Virus record (IMG/VR): IMGVR_UViG_3300029922_000001
Coordinates: 248,001 to 312,000 of that record
Reading direction: 5' to 3' (one strand)
DNA: 64,000 nucleotides
A program made the position numbers and the translations under genes. This document shows, one piece after another, positions 37,094 to 47,633 of this stretch; position 1 is the stretch's first letter, and each line of letters starts with the position of its first letter. The notes below the pieces were generated by a model. The model was not told the DNA's origin. It did no database searches and saw only the letters and a list, made by a program, of their open reading frames with translations.

Positions 37094-37318
37094 GATAACT
37101 TATTATACGTTCACGATTTCTTTCGTTTCAGTCTGATATCATTCTCTTTTTTGGCATACATAATAAGGCATATAATAAATTAAGCTAGATATAAATATAA
37201 GAGGAATTTATTTTTTGAAATTTTCAAAAAACCTGTAATTTCATTAAGTAATGAAGTATATTAATATTTTGGGTTATAACGATTAAACAAACTATTTACG
37301 CTTAGGTGTATAATAGTA

Positions 37319-37756
37319 GTGATGGTAGTACAAGACTTTTTTGAGATAATTGAAGATTTGTGTAGTAAATCTTTATCCTTTGTTATAGGAAATTCACATA
37401 ATAAGAGCTATAAAGCGATTTTAATGATCAATGATTTTGGAGAAGTGATTTATATAGCGGGTAAAGGGTTACTGCCAGTCACTAGAGAACACATAATTAA
37501 ACGTATAGATGATATCACCGAAACAATTTCCAGTATTATTATTACATCAGTTTTATCAGATGGTAGTAAAGAAATTTATGGTTTTTATCTAGAACGATGC
37601 GTTGACGGCTTTGTTTATAAAACAATCAATGCTTCCCATCTTTTTGCAATGTACAATACAAATATGGATAAGTCAATGGATTTACCTAAGATGAATGTGG
37701 TATATTGTGATATCAACGGAGATAGATACGCACCATTTGAACTAATAAGGAAATAA
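37319..37756 (+). CDS. hypothetical protein
   Basis: ORF track. Confidence 0.6.
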   Translation: MMVVQDFFEIIEDLCSKSLSFVIGNSHNKSYKAILMINDFGEVIYIAGKGLLPVTREHIIKRIDDITETISSIIITSVLSDGSKEIYGFYLERCVDGFVYKTINASHLFAMYNTNMDKSMDLPKMNVVYCDINGDRYAPFELIRK

Positions 37757-37757
37757 C

Positions 37758-38207
37758 TTGAGAATACTATTTTTAGATGACATGCCTGAACGCTATGACT
37801 ACTTCATGGGTTTGTTGAACCGTCCAGATATTGAAGTTGATTGGGCTAAAAATGCTGATGAATTTTATCCGATGCTTGAAAATCCAAGATATGACATTTT
37901 CTTTTTGGATCATGATTTAAGTGCAGAACATTACACTAAATTAAACACCCTAGATCAAGCAGATCATACAAAAATAGAATGTAAAGAAGAAACTGGATAT
38001 GATATTACTAAACGATTAATCCACTTACAAAAAGACAAACATCCTGATTATATTGTTGTTCATACACTGAATTCTCAAGGTGGTAAAAATATGATGTCTT
38101 GTTTAAGAGAAATGGATTCAACTCTTATTCGCGCATATTTCGCATTTCCTGATTTTCAGAATGTGGTTTATCAACTCGCCCACCAAAAAATTAGTAAAAC
38201 TAATTAG
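37758..38207 (+). CDS. cyclic-phosphate-processing receiver-domain protein
   Basis: ILFLDD, FFLDHDL, TGYDI, VVHTLNSQGGKNM. Confidence 0.8.
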   Translation: MRILFLDDMPERYDYFMGLLNRPDIEVDWAKNADEFYPMLENPRYDIFFLDHDLSAEHYTKLNTLDQADHTKIECKEETGYDITKRLIHLQKDKHPDYIVVHTLNSQGGKNMMSCLREMDSTLIRAYFAFPDFQNVVYQLAHQKISKTN

Positions 38208-38401
38208 CCTACATGAAATTCGGTGATACATTTATGTTCATCAATGTGGATTTGAAGTCGATCATTTCTGTACTGTTCAGCATATAGAAAGCCAGGTTTT
38301 CTAATTTCTGTTAGTAATCCACAATTCTTTTTGATTTCATCAATGACATCATCAAGTTTTTTGCCTATAAAATGTTCGTAACGAGTAGTCATGGTAATCA
38401 T
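38204..38401 (-). CDS. peptidase inhibitor I78-like small protein
   Basis: FIGKKL...IRKPG...QYRNDRLQIHIDEH..ITEFHVG. Confidence 0.65.
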   Translation of the reverse strand: MITMTTRYEHFIGKKLDDVIDEIKKNCGLLTEIRKPGFLYAEQYRNDRLQIHIDEHKCITEFHVG

Positions 38402-38619
38402 ATAACCTCTGTGTTTTCTAAATCTTCTGGAACCTCTTCAATGGTATCTTGGTTTTCATTTTCCAATTCTTTCTTAATCATAGCAACAATTGATTTAGTT
38501 TGTTGATTAAACATATAGTGACCTACTACATAGTCAGGAAAATATCCAAAATAACTAAAATATCTATTTTGGACTTCCTTACTTTCTGTAGACTTCTTTT
38601 TAATTTGATAATCTAGCAT
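38398..38619 (-). CDS. hypothetical protein
   Basis: Start corrected to MLDYQIK after TATAAT. Confidence 0.6.
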   Translation of the reverse strand: MLDYQIKKKSTESKEVQNRYFSYFGYFPDYVVGHYMFNQQTKSIVAMIKKELENENQDTIEEVPEDLENTEVI

Positions 38620-38626
38620 ACGTATA

Positions 38627-39283
38627 TTATACCGCAGGTTGCCAGAATGAAACAAGAGATTTAGCTTGATCAACATCAACATCTAATCCAACAACTGTTT
38701 CTGATTGACCTTGTAGAACGTCCCAATCAGTATATGTTTTAGAATCTTCCCAACCAGGAGATTGAGCCATCCAGCCATAATGAGCCAAACCTTTACTCTT
38801 TAATACTCTACACACTTCACCAGAACCATAAACACCAACTAGGTAACCAGCAGCTTTAATAATTGGGTGAGCAATAGTGAAATATTCTGCTACAGCACCT
38901 TCAGCGGGAAGGTCAACATCAATAGCTAAATAAATAGCGATTTTAGGGTTATTAACGTCACCAGGAACACCTAGTGCTTTTAAAACAGCTACAGATTGTT
39001 CTGCGTGTGATTTAGCATTTGAAGCAGTAAATGTACTTGCTGTATTACCCTCTTCCCAAACAAATCCACAAGAGATTTTCATGGTGTGTAATCCTGCGAT
39101 TTCATTACTTTCAACTCTTTTATTCTTGAAATTAGCTGAATCTGGTGAAATGTAACGAATAACAAAATTGTATTTATCTGCATCAATTGTATGAGCTTTA
39201 TTGTATACAGAATAAGGAGTGTCAAAACCCTTATACATAACACTTGATTCTGAAAGAAATTCTTCTGATTGTTTGCTTAACAT
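38627..39283 (-). CDS. DUF1906 (GH25-like) peptidoglycan hydrolase
   Basis: GFDTP, FVIRYI, IYLAIDVD, VGVYGSG, GWMAQS, LDVDVD. Confidence 0.85.
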   Translation of the reverse strand: MLSKQSEEFLSESSVMYKGFDTPYSVYNKAHTIDADKYNFVIRYISPDSANFKNKRVESNEIAGLHTMKISCGFVWEEGNTASTFTASNAKSHAEQSVAVLKALGVPGDVNNPKIAIYLAIDVDLPAEGAVAEYFTIAHPIIKAAGYLVGVYGSGEVCRVLKSKGLAHYGWMAQSPGWEDSKTYTDWDVLQGQSETVVGLDVDVDQAKSLVSFWQPAV

Positions 39284-39369
39284 AGTATTGTTATTTTAAA
39301 TTTGCAATTATTAATATCCTTTTTTATTTATTATCCATTTTTGATGATCGTTTGATGTATACTAGAATT

Positions 39370-39843
39370 ATGGAAAATGAAGATAATGATCTTGCTGCAA
39401 TTCTAGATGAAATTGATGCAATTCCTTCTGAAAAAGAACTTAATCAGAGAGTTGAGGAAATCCTCAAGGAAGCTGGTGGTGTTAGAAAAATTAAAGATAA
39501 AACACTATATACATTTGATGAAGCGGTAGCTGAGTGTGAACGTATGAATGCATATTCTAAAGAGTTTTGGCTTGAAAATAAATATAATGTTTGGGATTGT
39601 GAACATTATATGAATATTCGTGCAGCTAATCCAAAAGCCCCATCAGATGGATATGCAATTCATTGGGGTTTAGATTATGCTTATAGACAAGCTGAAACCG
39701 GTAAAGTTCACGTTTCCGCGTCAAACGTCTTGGCTGGTGATGGTAGGGCATATAATAAAGACGGTTCACTATATGAAATCCCAGAAGATATTTTAAGTAG
39801 AAAAGAATTTAGCGTTGATGAATTAGATTATATTTTCTGGTAA
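39370..39843 (+). CDS. hypothetical protein
   Basis: TGTATACT-6nt-ATG. Confidence 0.7.
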   Translation: MENEDNDLAAILDEIDAIPSEKELNQRVEEILKEAGGVRKIKDKTLYTFDEAVAECERMNAYSKEFWLENKYNVWDCEHYMNIRAANPKAPSDGYAIHWGLDYAYRQAETGKVHVSASNVLAGDGRAYNKDGSLYEIPEDILSRKEFSVDELDYIFW

Positions 39844-39882
39844 ATATAGCATTATCATACGTTTGCTTGGTATAATCAATGT

Positions 39883-40761
39883 ATGATGAAATCAAAATCT
39901 CAAGAGGTGTGGATGCTACGCGGCGTCCCCGGCAGTGGAAAAAGCACTTGGGCAAAGGAATTTATTAAAAATAATCCTGGTTATGTTCGCACTAATAACG
40001 ATGAAATTAGACTTGAAATGTTTAATCGCGTTTTTGATAAGAATGATACTAAGGCTGTTGATGCTGAGCGAAACAGAGTTATTAAGGAAACCCTTGATAA
40101 TGGTCTTAGTATTGTTATTGATAACACTAATTTGTCACCTAAGCGTGAAGACGAATACAAGACGTTGGCGAAGAAGTATGGTGCTGAATTTAAGATTCAG
40201 TGTTTTATGCATGTACCTTTACGTGATTGTTTGGCAAACAACTATAAGCGACCTAATCCGGTTGGTGAGAAGATTATCAAGGATATGTACAGACAGTTTG
40301 TAGAGCCTTTGTTGAAGCCAACTCCTGTTGAATATGTAGAGGGTTTAGAGGACGTGTACGTGTGCGATATGGATCAAACATTATCTTTAATGAAAGGAAT
40401 TCGTGGACCTTTCGAATGGCATAAGGTTAATTTAGATTTACCAAATATTCCGGTAGTTAAATTAATTCAAAAACTTGCTAAGACAAATAAAATCATTATT
40501 ATGTCTGGTAGGGATGGTTGTTGCCGTGATTTAACTATTGAATGGCTTAATCAACATGAAGTTCCGTTTTTTGAATTGCATATGAGGGCGATGAATGACT
40601 CTAGAAAGGATAGTACTGTGAAGGAAGAACTTTATAAATCAAAATTACAATATCGTTTTAATATTCTAGGTTGGTTCGACGACCGCGAAGCGGTTTGTGA
40701 ACTAGTTTATTCATTAGGATTACCACTGTTCCGTGTGGGGGACCCTCATAGTTCGTTTTGA
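39883..40761 (+). CDS. pseT: polynucleotide 5'-kinase / 3'-phosphatase (T4 PseT-like)
   Basis: GVPGSGKST kinase; HAD motif CDMDQTL; MSGRD; DSTVKEE; FDDREAV. Confidence 0.93.
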   Translation: MMKSKSQEVWMLRGVPGSGKSTWAKEFIKNNPGYVRTNNDEIRLEMFNRVFDKNDTKAVDAERNRVIKETLDNGLSIVIDNTNLSPKREDEYKTLAKKYGAEFKIQCFMHVPLRDCLANNYKRPNPVGEKIIKDMYRQFVEPLLKPTPVEYVEGLEDVYVCDMDQTLSLMKGIRGPFEWHKVNLDLPNIPVVKLIQKLAKTNKIIIMSGRDGCCRDLTIEWLNQHEVPFFELHMRAMNDSRKDSTVKEELYKSKLQYRFNILGWFDDREAVCELVYSLGLPLFRVGDPHSSF

Positions 40762-40805
40762 TTAAAGGTTTAAATATAGCTTATTTATAACATAAAAATG
40801 AAGTC

Positions 40806-41087
40806 ATGTTTAAATTCCTTAGAAATATATTTAGCAAAGAAGCTGAAGCTTCATGGGTACACTGTGGTACCTATTTAGACACCAATCATTATTACGCAGC
40901 AGATGATTGCTATTGTGTGAACTGTTTACCTGATAGCCCAGCTTACTCTCTGGTTAAGGTGTTTAAAAAACACACTAGAGATAATAAATGGCAGATGAAG
41001 GAAACTATATTCGCATTATCTCTCGAAGAGTATCAAGGATATTCAAAGAAAATCCCTAACACTCTGATGCCACCACCTATTAGTTGA
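40806..41087 (+). CDS. hypothetical protein
   Basis: ORF track. Confidence 0.6.
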   Translation: MFKFLRNIFSKEAEASWVHCGTYLDTNHYYAADDCYCVNCLPDSPAYSLVKVFKKHTRDNKWQMKETIFALSLEEYQGYSKKIPNTLMPPPIS

Positions 41088-42300
41088 GTGGTAATGGTGT
41101 TTCTTGTTTGTAAATGCTTTGGTCAGCGCATGAGCCAAGTGATTTATTTTTATCTCTTTCTTGTCTAAGGGTAATATTAATTGCGTCATTTCGTTGTTTT
41201 TGTCTTTTTAGTTCATGTTCTATTTTTTCTTTTTCTATCAATAATTTTTGATAATCTTTTTTAAGTGTTTTGAGATTTAAGCATTTATTTTCTGTATGAA
41301 CTAATATCTTAACTATGCCATAATCATTCATAATGCCAACTCCCATGTCAGCCAATACAGTCCAAGATGCTTCAATTTCATTAATATTTATATTTTTTTC
41401 AGAATTAAAAATTGGATAAAAACCTGTTTCATTGGCGTAAGCCAGTGTGTCTATTAACTCTATAGGTCTTTTACCTTCGATATATTTATTTTCATATACT
41501 TTAATATCCTGTAATACATTAATTACTCCAATATATTCTTTTTTACTTAGTATATAAACAGCATTTTTAGGACATATAGTACAAACTAAAATTGGAATAT
41601 TTTTATAATAAGCCCAAATAGGTGCTACTCCAACTTCGTGATTTTCAACATCGTAATTAGTTTTAATAAGTTCTTCGTGATCCCAACTTTCAACATGGCT
41701 CCACAAACAAGGGGACATTAAAATTGCTCCACGAGGTAGTCCATGTTGATCAATTAATGACAAAGCGAAATTTATGTTTTCTGGCTCCAATTTATCAATT
41801 ACAGTTATTGAATGGTCAGCTTCTACTGCTGCATTAACAACATTTAATACTAATGTATCTATTTGTCTCATTAAAGCATCTTTTGATCTTTCTAAAATAT
41901 GTTTATGAGCAAGCTCTTTACTTTTAAAATGTTTATATAGCTCTCTGGATTCTTTTTTTGTTAATAATGGATAACTAGCCATAGTAACAGTGGGTATGGA
42001 TAAAGCCTCTGGTTTTATATTGACAACTGGCACTGTTCCGCACGGATCACCACCAATTATATAAGCTTTAGAAGCTATGTCTCTCATATGATAAATACGA
42101 ATATAATTATCTCTAAGATTATCATAGTATTCTTTAAGTTCTTCGTTTGTAAGTGTAAGATGAACATTATTATGTTTATGTTGATCTTGTTTTATTTTAT
42201 GATGTTCTTTAATTTCCGCTTCTGTGAAATCATCACGTTGTAAAATATGAAATGCCACCGGATTATAGGGTGCGCTAACAGGTATAGTACGTATATTCAT
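41080..42300 (-). CDS. divergent HK97-fold capsid-like paralog with C-terminal coiled coil
   Basis: Clear paralog of 42459-43556 (PVAFHILQRDD, RQIDT, PRGAI, CPKNAVYILSKKEYIG); fold assignment is inferred. Confidence 0.6.
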   Translation of the reverse strand: MNIRTIPVSAPYNPVAFHILQRDDFTEAEIKEHHKIKQDQHKHNNVHLTLTNEELKEYYDNLRDNYIRIYHMRDIASKAYIIGGDPCGTVPVVNIKPEALSIPTVTMASYPLLTKKESRELYKHFKSKELAHKHILERSKDALMRQIDTLVLNVVNAAVEADHSITVIDKLEPENINFALSLIDQHGLPRGAILMSPCLWSHVESWDHEELIKTNYDVENHEVGVAPIWAYYKNIPILVCTICPKNAVYILSKKEYIGVINVLQDIKVYENKYIEGKRPIELIDTLAYANETGFYPIFNSEKNININEIEASWTVLADMGVGIMNDYGIVKILVHTENKCLNLKTLKKDYQKLLIEKEKIEHELKRQKQRNDAINITLRQERDKNKSLGSCADQSIYKQETPLPLN

Positions 42301-42405
42301 TTGTATAACTCCTTGACTATTTACAAAATAATAACATACTAGCTATTTCCATGCAATCTTAGCTACTGGATGTTTCACTGTTTTATTGCGATGGGCTATT
42401 AAGAT

Positions 42406-42452
42406 AAAATATGTAATGTCAATGTATTTATACACTGACATTACATATTTTA
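42406..42452. terminator. AT-rich inverted repeat between the two capsid-like paralogs
   Basis: AAAATATGTAATGTCA...TGACATTACATATTTT. Confidence 0.6.
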
Positions 42453-42458
42453 TTATTC

Positions 42459-43556
42459 CTACTCTATTTCATCGTCAAATATTTTAGTTTCAAGTTTTTG
42501 TATTGTACGCTTTAAATTTCTAATCTCATGTTTTAGTTCCCAATTTTCTTCTTCTAATTGTTTAAGATCAGATTCTTCCTTAGTGGAATAGTTAACTAAA
42601 ATTCTAGCAATAGTCCAGTCATTCATAACATGAACACCAACTCTGGCTGATACAATCCAAGATTTTTCTAAAGTGTCAGCTAATTCCTGAGTGCATTCAA
42701 GTTGATAACCATTAGATGATTTAGACAATTTTGTGTTATGCCATCGTAATGGGTTTATATCACTTTCATTAGTTCGTACTGTGGATATAAATTCAACTGG
42801 AGCAACTTCAATATCTTGTTCAACTGGAATTGTACCAATATACTCTTTTTTGCTTAATATATAAATGGCGTTTTTAGGGCACATATTTGATACATAAATA
42901 GGAACATTTTTATAATGTCCCCAAATGGGTGGTGTATCAATATTTGGATCTTCAATATCGTAATTAGTGTAAGTTAGAGGAACAATTTCTTCGTCGGTGC
43001 CAACTCCCCAATCTTCAATATCACGCCATCTAGCACTGTGCATTACAATTGCTCCACGAGGTTGTTCGTGAGAGTCTAGTAAATATAAAGCTAAGTTAAG
43101 ATTGCATGGTTGTAATGTTCCAACAACAGATATACAGTGTTCACCTGGAACTGCTGCATTAATTGTCATAAATAATTCAGTGTCTATTTGTCGTCTGACA
43201 CTATCTTTAAAACGTTCAATAATTTGTTTTTCTACATTCTCTAGACTTCCATAAGCTTTAACTAAATTTGGAACTTCTTTTTTTTGCAGAATAGGATTTG
43301 AGGCAATAGTGCGACACTGTACAAAAAGTTGTTCAGTTTCTATAGGTTGAGGTCGTAATTCATTATTTCCAATACTATTGGGAATATTGTTGAGAACATA
43401 GGATTTAGCAGAAATGTCTGTTGAATAAAAACAGTTTTGAGGGTTGGCGATTTCTTCAATGGTACGATCATCACGTTGAAGTAGATGAAAGGCTACTGGG
43501 TGATACCAGACAGCGTTACGAATAACACGTTGTTTCATAATAGATACCTTTGACAA
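42459..43556 (-). CDS. divergent HK97-fold capsid-like paralog with C-terminal coiled coil
   Basis: TIASNPIL, RQIDTELFMTINAA, WGHYKNVPIYVS, EQDIEVAP, SWIVSARVGVHVMNDWTIARI. Confidence 0.6.
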   Translation of the reverse strand: MSKVSIMKQRVIRNAVWYHPVAFHLLQRDDRTIEEIANPQNCFYSTDISAKSYVLNNIPNSIGNNELRPQPIETEQLFVQCRTIASNPILQKKEVPNLVKAYGSLENVEKQIIERFKDSVRRQIDTELFMTINAAVPGEHCISVVGTLQPCNLNLALYLLDSHEQPRGAIVMHSARWRDIEDWGVGTDEEIVPLTYTNYDIEDPNIDTPPIWGHYKNVPIYVSNMCPKNAIYILSKKEYIGTIPVEQDIEVAPVEFISTVRTNESDINPLRWHNTKLSKSSNGYQLECTQELADTLEKSWIVSARVGVHVMNDWTIARILVNYSTKEESDLKQLEEENWELKHEIRNLKRTIQKLETKIFDDEIE

Positions 43557-43662
43557 TTCACATAATCTGTCATACTAGTATTCCAGTGTAATCTTAACGA
43601 TTGATATATTCGCTTTTATATTACTAAAGGCTATTAAGGCATATTTTGCAATGTCAATATAT

Positions 43663-44022
43663 TTATACACCCAATTCTGCTTTGAGTTGTTCAAGCATCT
43701 TTTGCTTCTTTTCTAACTCTTTTTGCTGTCGCTTCTTTTCTGCTTCAGTTTTCTTGAGTTCTCTAGCAATTCGACTTCTTTCTTCATCATCTTTTTGCTT
43801 TTGAACGAAAACCTTGATAGATTTTATTTTTTCTTGTATGAATGGTTGTGATGTTACATCATCATAGAGCATATAGTCATAGTTGTGCTGTGCCCACTTT
43901 TTCAACCATTCATAATCTTCTTCACTAACTTCTTCCCAGTCGCTAAAATCATCTGAGGGACTCTTATGATCGCAATCATAACATCTTTCACCATAGACAC
44001 GAATTATCTTTACTTTTCTCAT
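43663..44022 (-). CDS. hypothetical protein
   Basis: DWEEVSEEDY motif with a coiled-coil tail. Confidence 0.75.
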   Translation of the reverse strand: MRKVKIIRVYGERCYDCDHKSPSDDFSDWEEVSEEDYEWLKKWAQHNYDYMLYDDVTSQPFIQEKIKSIKVFVQKQKDDEERSRIARELKKTEAEKKRQQKELEKKQKMLEQLKAELGV

Positions 44023-44588
44023 ACCTTATTATACGTATAAGGGTTTGTATATTGTATAGCAGTTGTCTTTCTTACTCCAGCATCAAAACGCTTTTGAGCT
44101 AATGCAATTGAAGCCGCTACTGTATCTGATAATGTGTTATAGATAGGAAGTTCGTCATATCCCTGATCCTCTGCATCAACCTTATTCATGATATCAGGAT
44201 AAGACATGCGATAGGCGTCATCAGGTCTACCGTAGACAACCTTCTCATGATTACGTCCCATCCAATATCCTAGCTCATAATTAGTGGTTAAACCAATTAG
44301 CTCTCTTGTTCTAGGAATCCAGAACAAGATGGCATCAGCATTAACAAGACCAGTAAACTCCCATCGTGGAATCCAGCCCTTGCCAAGATCACTCTCAGTA
44401 CGAACAGTAAATTCTGGAGATACGAGAATGCCCTCAAATCCTTGCTTAGTAAACTCTTCAACGCACTCAATGCGCCAAGAAGTCAAGTGCGGTTGATTTC
44501 CGCGAACGGTGTTTCCAGCGAGGAAAATTATAGGAACCTTCTCATTATAAAGATTGTCTAAAGAAGTCTCATATCTAAATAGTTTCAT
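44019..44588 (-). CDS. nucleoside 2-deoxyribosyltransferase-like protein
   Basis: IFLAG, WEFTGLVNADAILFWIPR, TTNYELG, VVYGRP. Confidence 0.85.
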   Translation of the reverse strand: MKLFRYETSLDNLYNEKVPIIFLAGNTVRGNQPHLTSWRIECVEEFTKQGFEGILVSPEFTVRTESDLGKGWIPRWEFTGLVNADAILFWIPRTRELIGLTTNYELGYWMGRNHEKVVYGRPDDAYRMSYPDIMNKVDAEDQGYDELPIYNTLSDTVAASIALAQKRFDAGVRKTTAIQYTNPYTYNKV

Positions 44589-44595
44589 ACTTCAA

Positions 44596-45186
44596 TTATA
44601 CCTCATATGGAGGTTCTGGAGTGCGAATAGTGTAATCATCATCGTGTTTACCGTTAAAATCTTCTTGGCGCATAAATTGTTTTACATATTCGGCATTAGC
44701 TTCAATCTTGTATTGTAGGGCGGCAGAAGTGGCTTGTATTGCTGTACATTTTGCTAATTTATAATCATCAAAATCAAGCATTTTTTCTTCAAGGATTTTC
44801 TCAACTTGAATATTTGCTAATTTAGTTGCCTTCTTAGTTGCAACATCTGCAAGGTCTTTCTGCTTTTTAATTTCAATATCAGCTAAACCTTGAACCCTGT
44901 TAATTTCAATGATAGCGGCATTAGCTTTTGCTTTATTGATTTTTTCTAGAAGGTCTAATTCTGTTTGTAGTGGCAACGCTAAACGGGTTCTTTCTAGTTC
45001 AATTTCTTGTCTTAATAGACTAACACTTTCTTTTTCTCTTTCGAGTCGTTCTTTTTCTTCTAGAATAATTTGACGATCTATAATCATATTTGCTTTATTG
45101 TGCAAATAGCTGTTAAAAATTCTTTGCTTACTTTGAATAAGATAAACAATGTATAGAAGGACGAGACATGCTAAAGTAAACCACAT
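44596..45186 (-). CDS. membrane-anchored coiled-coil protein
   Basis: N-terminal TM plus heptad repeats. Confidence 0.7.
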   Translation of the reverse strand: MWFTLACLVLLYIVYLIQSKQRIFNSYLHNKANMIIDRQIILEEKERLEREKESVSLLRQEIELERTRLALPLQTELDLLEKINKAKANAAIIEINRVQGLADIEIKKQKDLADVATKKATKLANIQVEKILEEKMLDFDDYKLAKCTAIQATSAALQYKIEANAEYVKQFMRQEDFNGKHDDDYTIRTPEPPYEV

Positions 45187-45212
45187 AACTCTATTATACT
45201 CTATAATAGACT

Positions 45213-45521
45213 ATGGAAAAAGTAATTCCCCAAAGAAAGGGTTCTTTAAAAGAGTTGGAACAATGTTTGAATCTATATAAAGAAAATCTGTATTACATTC
45301 AAAAGATTTTTGAATGCTATCTAGATATAACACATAATACCTATTGGCTGGATAGTAGCAGCATGGGTGTTCAACACGGTCTTGTAATAGCAAGAAATTC
45401 CTACCACCCAAGAGATAAATACTTTATGCCCATTAAATATATTTTGATGGAAGATCCTATTACATATATGAATGAGCATAAAGAACAAATTAAGAAAGAA
45501 TATGATGAAAAACGTTGGTAA
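45213..45521 (+). CDS. hypothetical protein
   Basis: ORF track. Confidence 0.6.
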   Translation: MEKVIPQRKGSLKELEQCLNLYKENLYYIQKIFECYLDITHNTYWLDSSSMGVQHGLVIARNSYHPRDKYFMPIKYILMEDPITYMNEHKEQIKKEYDEKRW

Positions 45522-45573
45522 GGGTTGACTAATTCTGTGAAGATGGTGGTATAATAGATACGTGATAACAAGT

Positions 45574-45927
45574 GGGCTCGTAAGGGAATCGACATGTTGC
45601 ATATATTGATGAACTTGAGTGAGAGATTACCCTTGGCTCTCTAAAAATGGGTAGAAAACATAAACGGCAAATCATATGCTTATGTAGGTTAATTCCTACC
45701 GCAAAAAATAAAGGTTAGTTGAGGACACTTTATTGAGCGTTGAAAAAATTCAACTACGCTATTAGGGTTGGTGGACCTTGGACCTGAAATAGTTAAATTA
45801 ATCAAGTATCCGGTTGCAGCGGTTTGATTTATACCAACATGCTTCCTATTAAATAAATCTACGCTCATAAAAAATAATTATTGGTATATCAGTAATGGAA
45901 ACGGCTTCGAGTGCCGTCGGGTCCACC
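45574..45927 (+). ncRNA. ssrA: tmRNA
   Basis: 5' GGGCTCG...ATCGAC; 3' ACGGC-TTCGAGT-GCCGT-CGGGTCC-A-CC with G3:U70; tag frame GGC AAA TCA TAT GCT TAT GTA GGT TAA at 45666-45692; TGGTATAAT promoter. Confidence 0.9.
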
Positions 45928-45934
45928 CGCGAAA

Positions 45935-45960
45935 CATCCACCTTAATTAAGGTGGATGTT
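45935..45960. terminator. hairpin after the tmRNA
   Basis: ACATCCACCTT-AATT-AAGGTGGATGT. Confidence 0.75.
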
Positions 45961-46012
45961 ATTCTTTATGGCTTGACAAAATTCTATTAATTGTTCTTGG
46001 TTAAAATTACAT

Positions 46013-47233
46013 TTAGCTAAATTTATCATAACACTCACAAATTGAATGTTGTTTTGCGTATATCCCTTCAGCGGTAATAACGTCCACATTTAATGTTTCA
46101 ATATCTTCATGTTCTAGTGTGTCTTGAATATGTGTACTCAAATTAATAGGCGGTACAGGTTGTGCCCCACCAATATGAAAATGATTTTCAATTAAACTAG
46201 CCACATGTTTTCTGCGTTCTTCCCTGGCTTTTAGAATAGCATTTACTAAATTCATTTGATTACTTTGCATAGCTTCAGCCAGTGCCTGTGAATTAATATC
46301 TTTAGGTATAATCACTCCTGATGCATACAGTAATTCAATATCAAAACTTACAAATGACTCTTGTGGTAATTGACTTATAATTCTTTGGTAGTACCTTTCA
46401 ACATCTTCTAGATGTATGATAATGTCTTTAATTTCATCATTAGTAAAACCATCTTTTTTGTAAAACAATAAATTGTTATTTTTTTTATTGAAAAACATTG
46501 ATATAATTGAAATTACATCAATTTCTCTTTTTAAAGATTCTGTTGCGCTAGGTCCATATGCTGGCTCATTGGTACAAATTGTATTAGGTGGTAAACCTTT
46601 TTTAAAACTAATTACGCATTCAGGGTTACTGGTGAAAATAATTTCATTTACACTTGATCCACCAGGCATTTTATCAAATATCATTTTAAAAGAAGTGCGG
46701 CTACTACCAATAAACAAATCTTTTATGCTGTAATAAACATTATATCTAGATGTTAATGTTTTATTAGCTTCAATAAAGTTTTCCATCCATGTTGGTTTTC
46801 TATCTTTTTTAAGAGGCACTAGTTCGTAGCTCAATGTGGTTTTAACAAGATTATCCCATGAATATTTATGTAAAGAACCGTTATATATTTTAGTAAAATC
46901 TAATGTGTTTTCAGATGCTTTAGCAATTCTACTAGTTGCATAACACTCAATGCCAGTCATGTCGTCACCTGGTATGTTGAAGATTAAAGTGTAATTGTTT
47001 CGTTGTGTAGCAATAATATACTGAAGGTGAACTTGTAAATTTTCAGTATCCTCAATTGAGCAACATTGGTTTTTGTTTTGTAATAGAACTTTGGATTGAA
47101 AATTACCTTTTCCTACTAATTCTTTAATCCATTCATCTTCTATGATTTTAATCCATTCATCTACAATGAATTGTGTGGTTTGTTTGTGATAGTGTATCGT
47201 CTGATCCACTGATTCAGTTTTTTCTTTATTCAT
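46013..47233 (-). CDS. hypothetical protein
   Basis: 406-aa ORF. Confidence 0.75.
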   Translation of the reverse strand: MNKEKTESVDQTIHYHKQTTQFIVDEWIKIIEDEWIKELVGKGNFQSKVLLQNKNQCCSIEDTENLQVHLQYIIATQRNNYTLIFNIPGDDMTGIECYATSRIAKASENTLDFTKIYNGSLHKYSWDNLVKTTLSYELVPLKKDRKPTWMENFIEANKTLTSRYNVYYSIKDLFIGSSRTSFKMIFDKMPGGSSVNEIIFTSNPECVISFKKGLPPNTICTNEPAYGPSATESLKREIDVISIISMFFNKKNNNLLFYKKDGFTNDEIKDIIIHLEDVERYYQRIISQLPQESFVSFDIELLYASGVIIPKDINSQALAEAMQSNQMNLVNAILKAREERRKHVASLIENHFHIGGAQPVPPINLSTHIQDTLEHEDIETLNVDVITAEGIYAKQHSICECYDKFS

Positions 47234-47291
47234 TTTTATCCTTATTGATAGTACATTCTTGTCCTACCAATAAGGATATTATACAAATTTA

Positions 47292-47618
47292 TTAAAGATA
47301 ATAGCTTAGAAATTTAATTGTGATATCGCAATTAAAAGTTTTTTTAATTTTATTAATTTCTTCAGGAAAAGCTTGTTCTAAATTTTTAATTGATATTTTA
47401 TTTAAATTTAATTCTAACACTTGTTCTTCACTATTTTCATGATCTTTTATGTAATAATCGCCGTTATAGTTAGGCAGTAAATATAAATGATTATTTTTAG
47501 GAGAAAACACCCATAATTTTTGAAGCAATACCGTTTCTGCAAATGCAGCAAGTTCTCCATAACTTGAATTAAATACTTGAATTACTGGTCCTAAATAAAC
47601 ATTTTTCTTCATAGACAT
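47292..47618 (-). CDS. hypothetical protein
   Basis: ORF track. Confidence 0.65.
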   Translation of the reverse strand: MSMKKNVYLGPVIQVFNSSYGELAAFAETVLLQKLWVFSPKNNHLYLLPNYNGDYYIKDHENSEEQVLELNLNKISIKNLEQAFPEEINKIKKTFNCDITIKFLSYYL

Positions 47619-47633
47619 AATTAGTATTATAAT

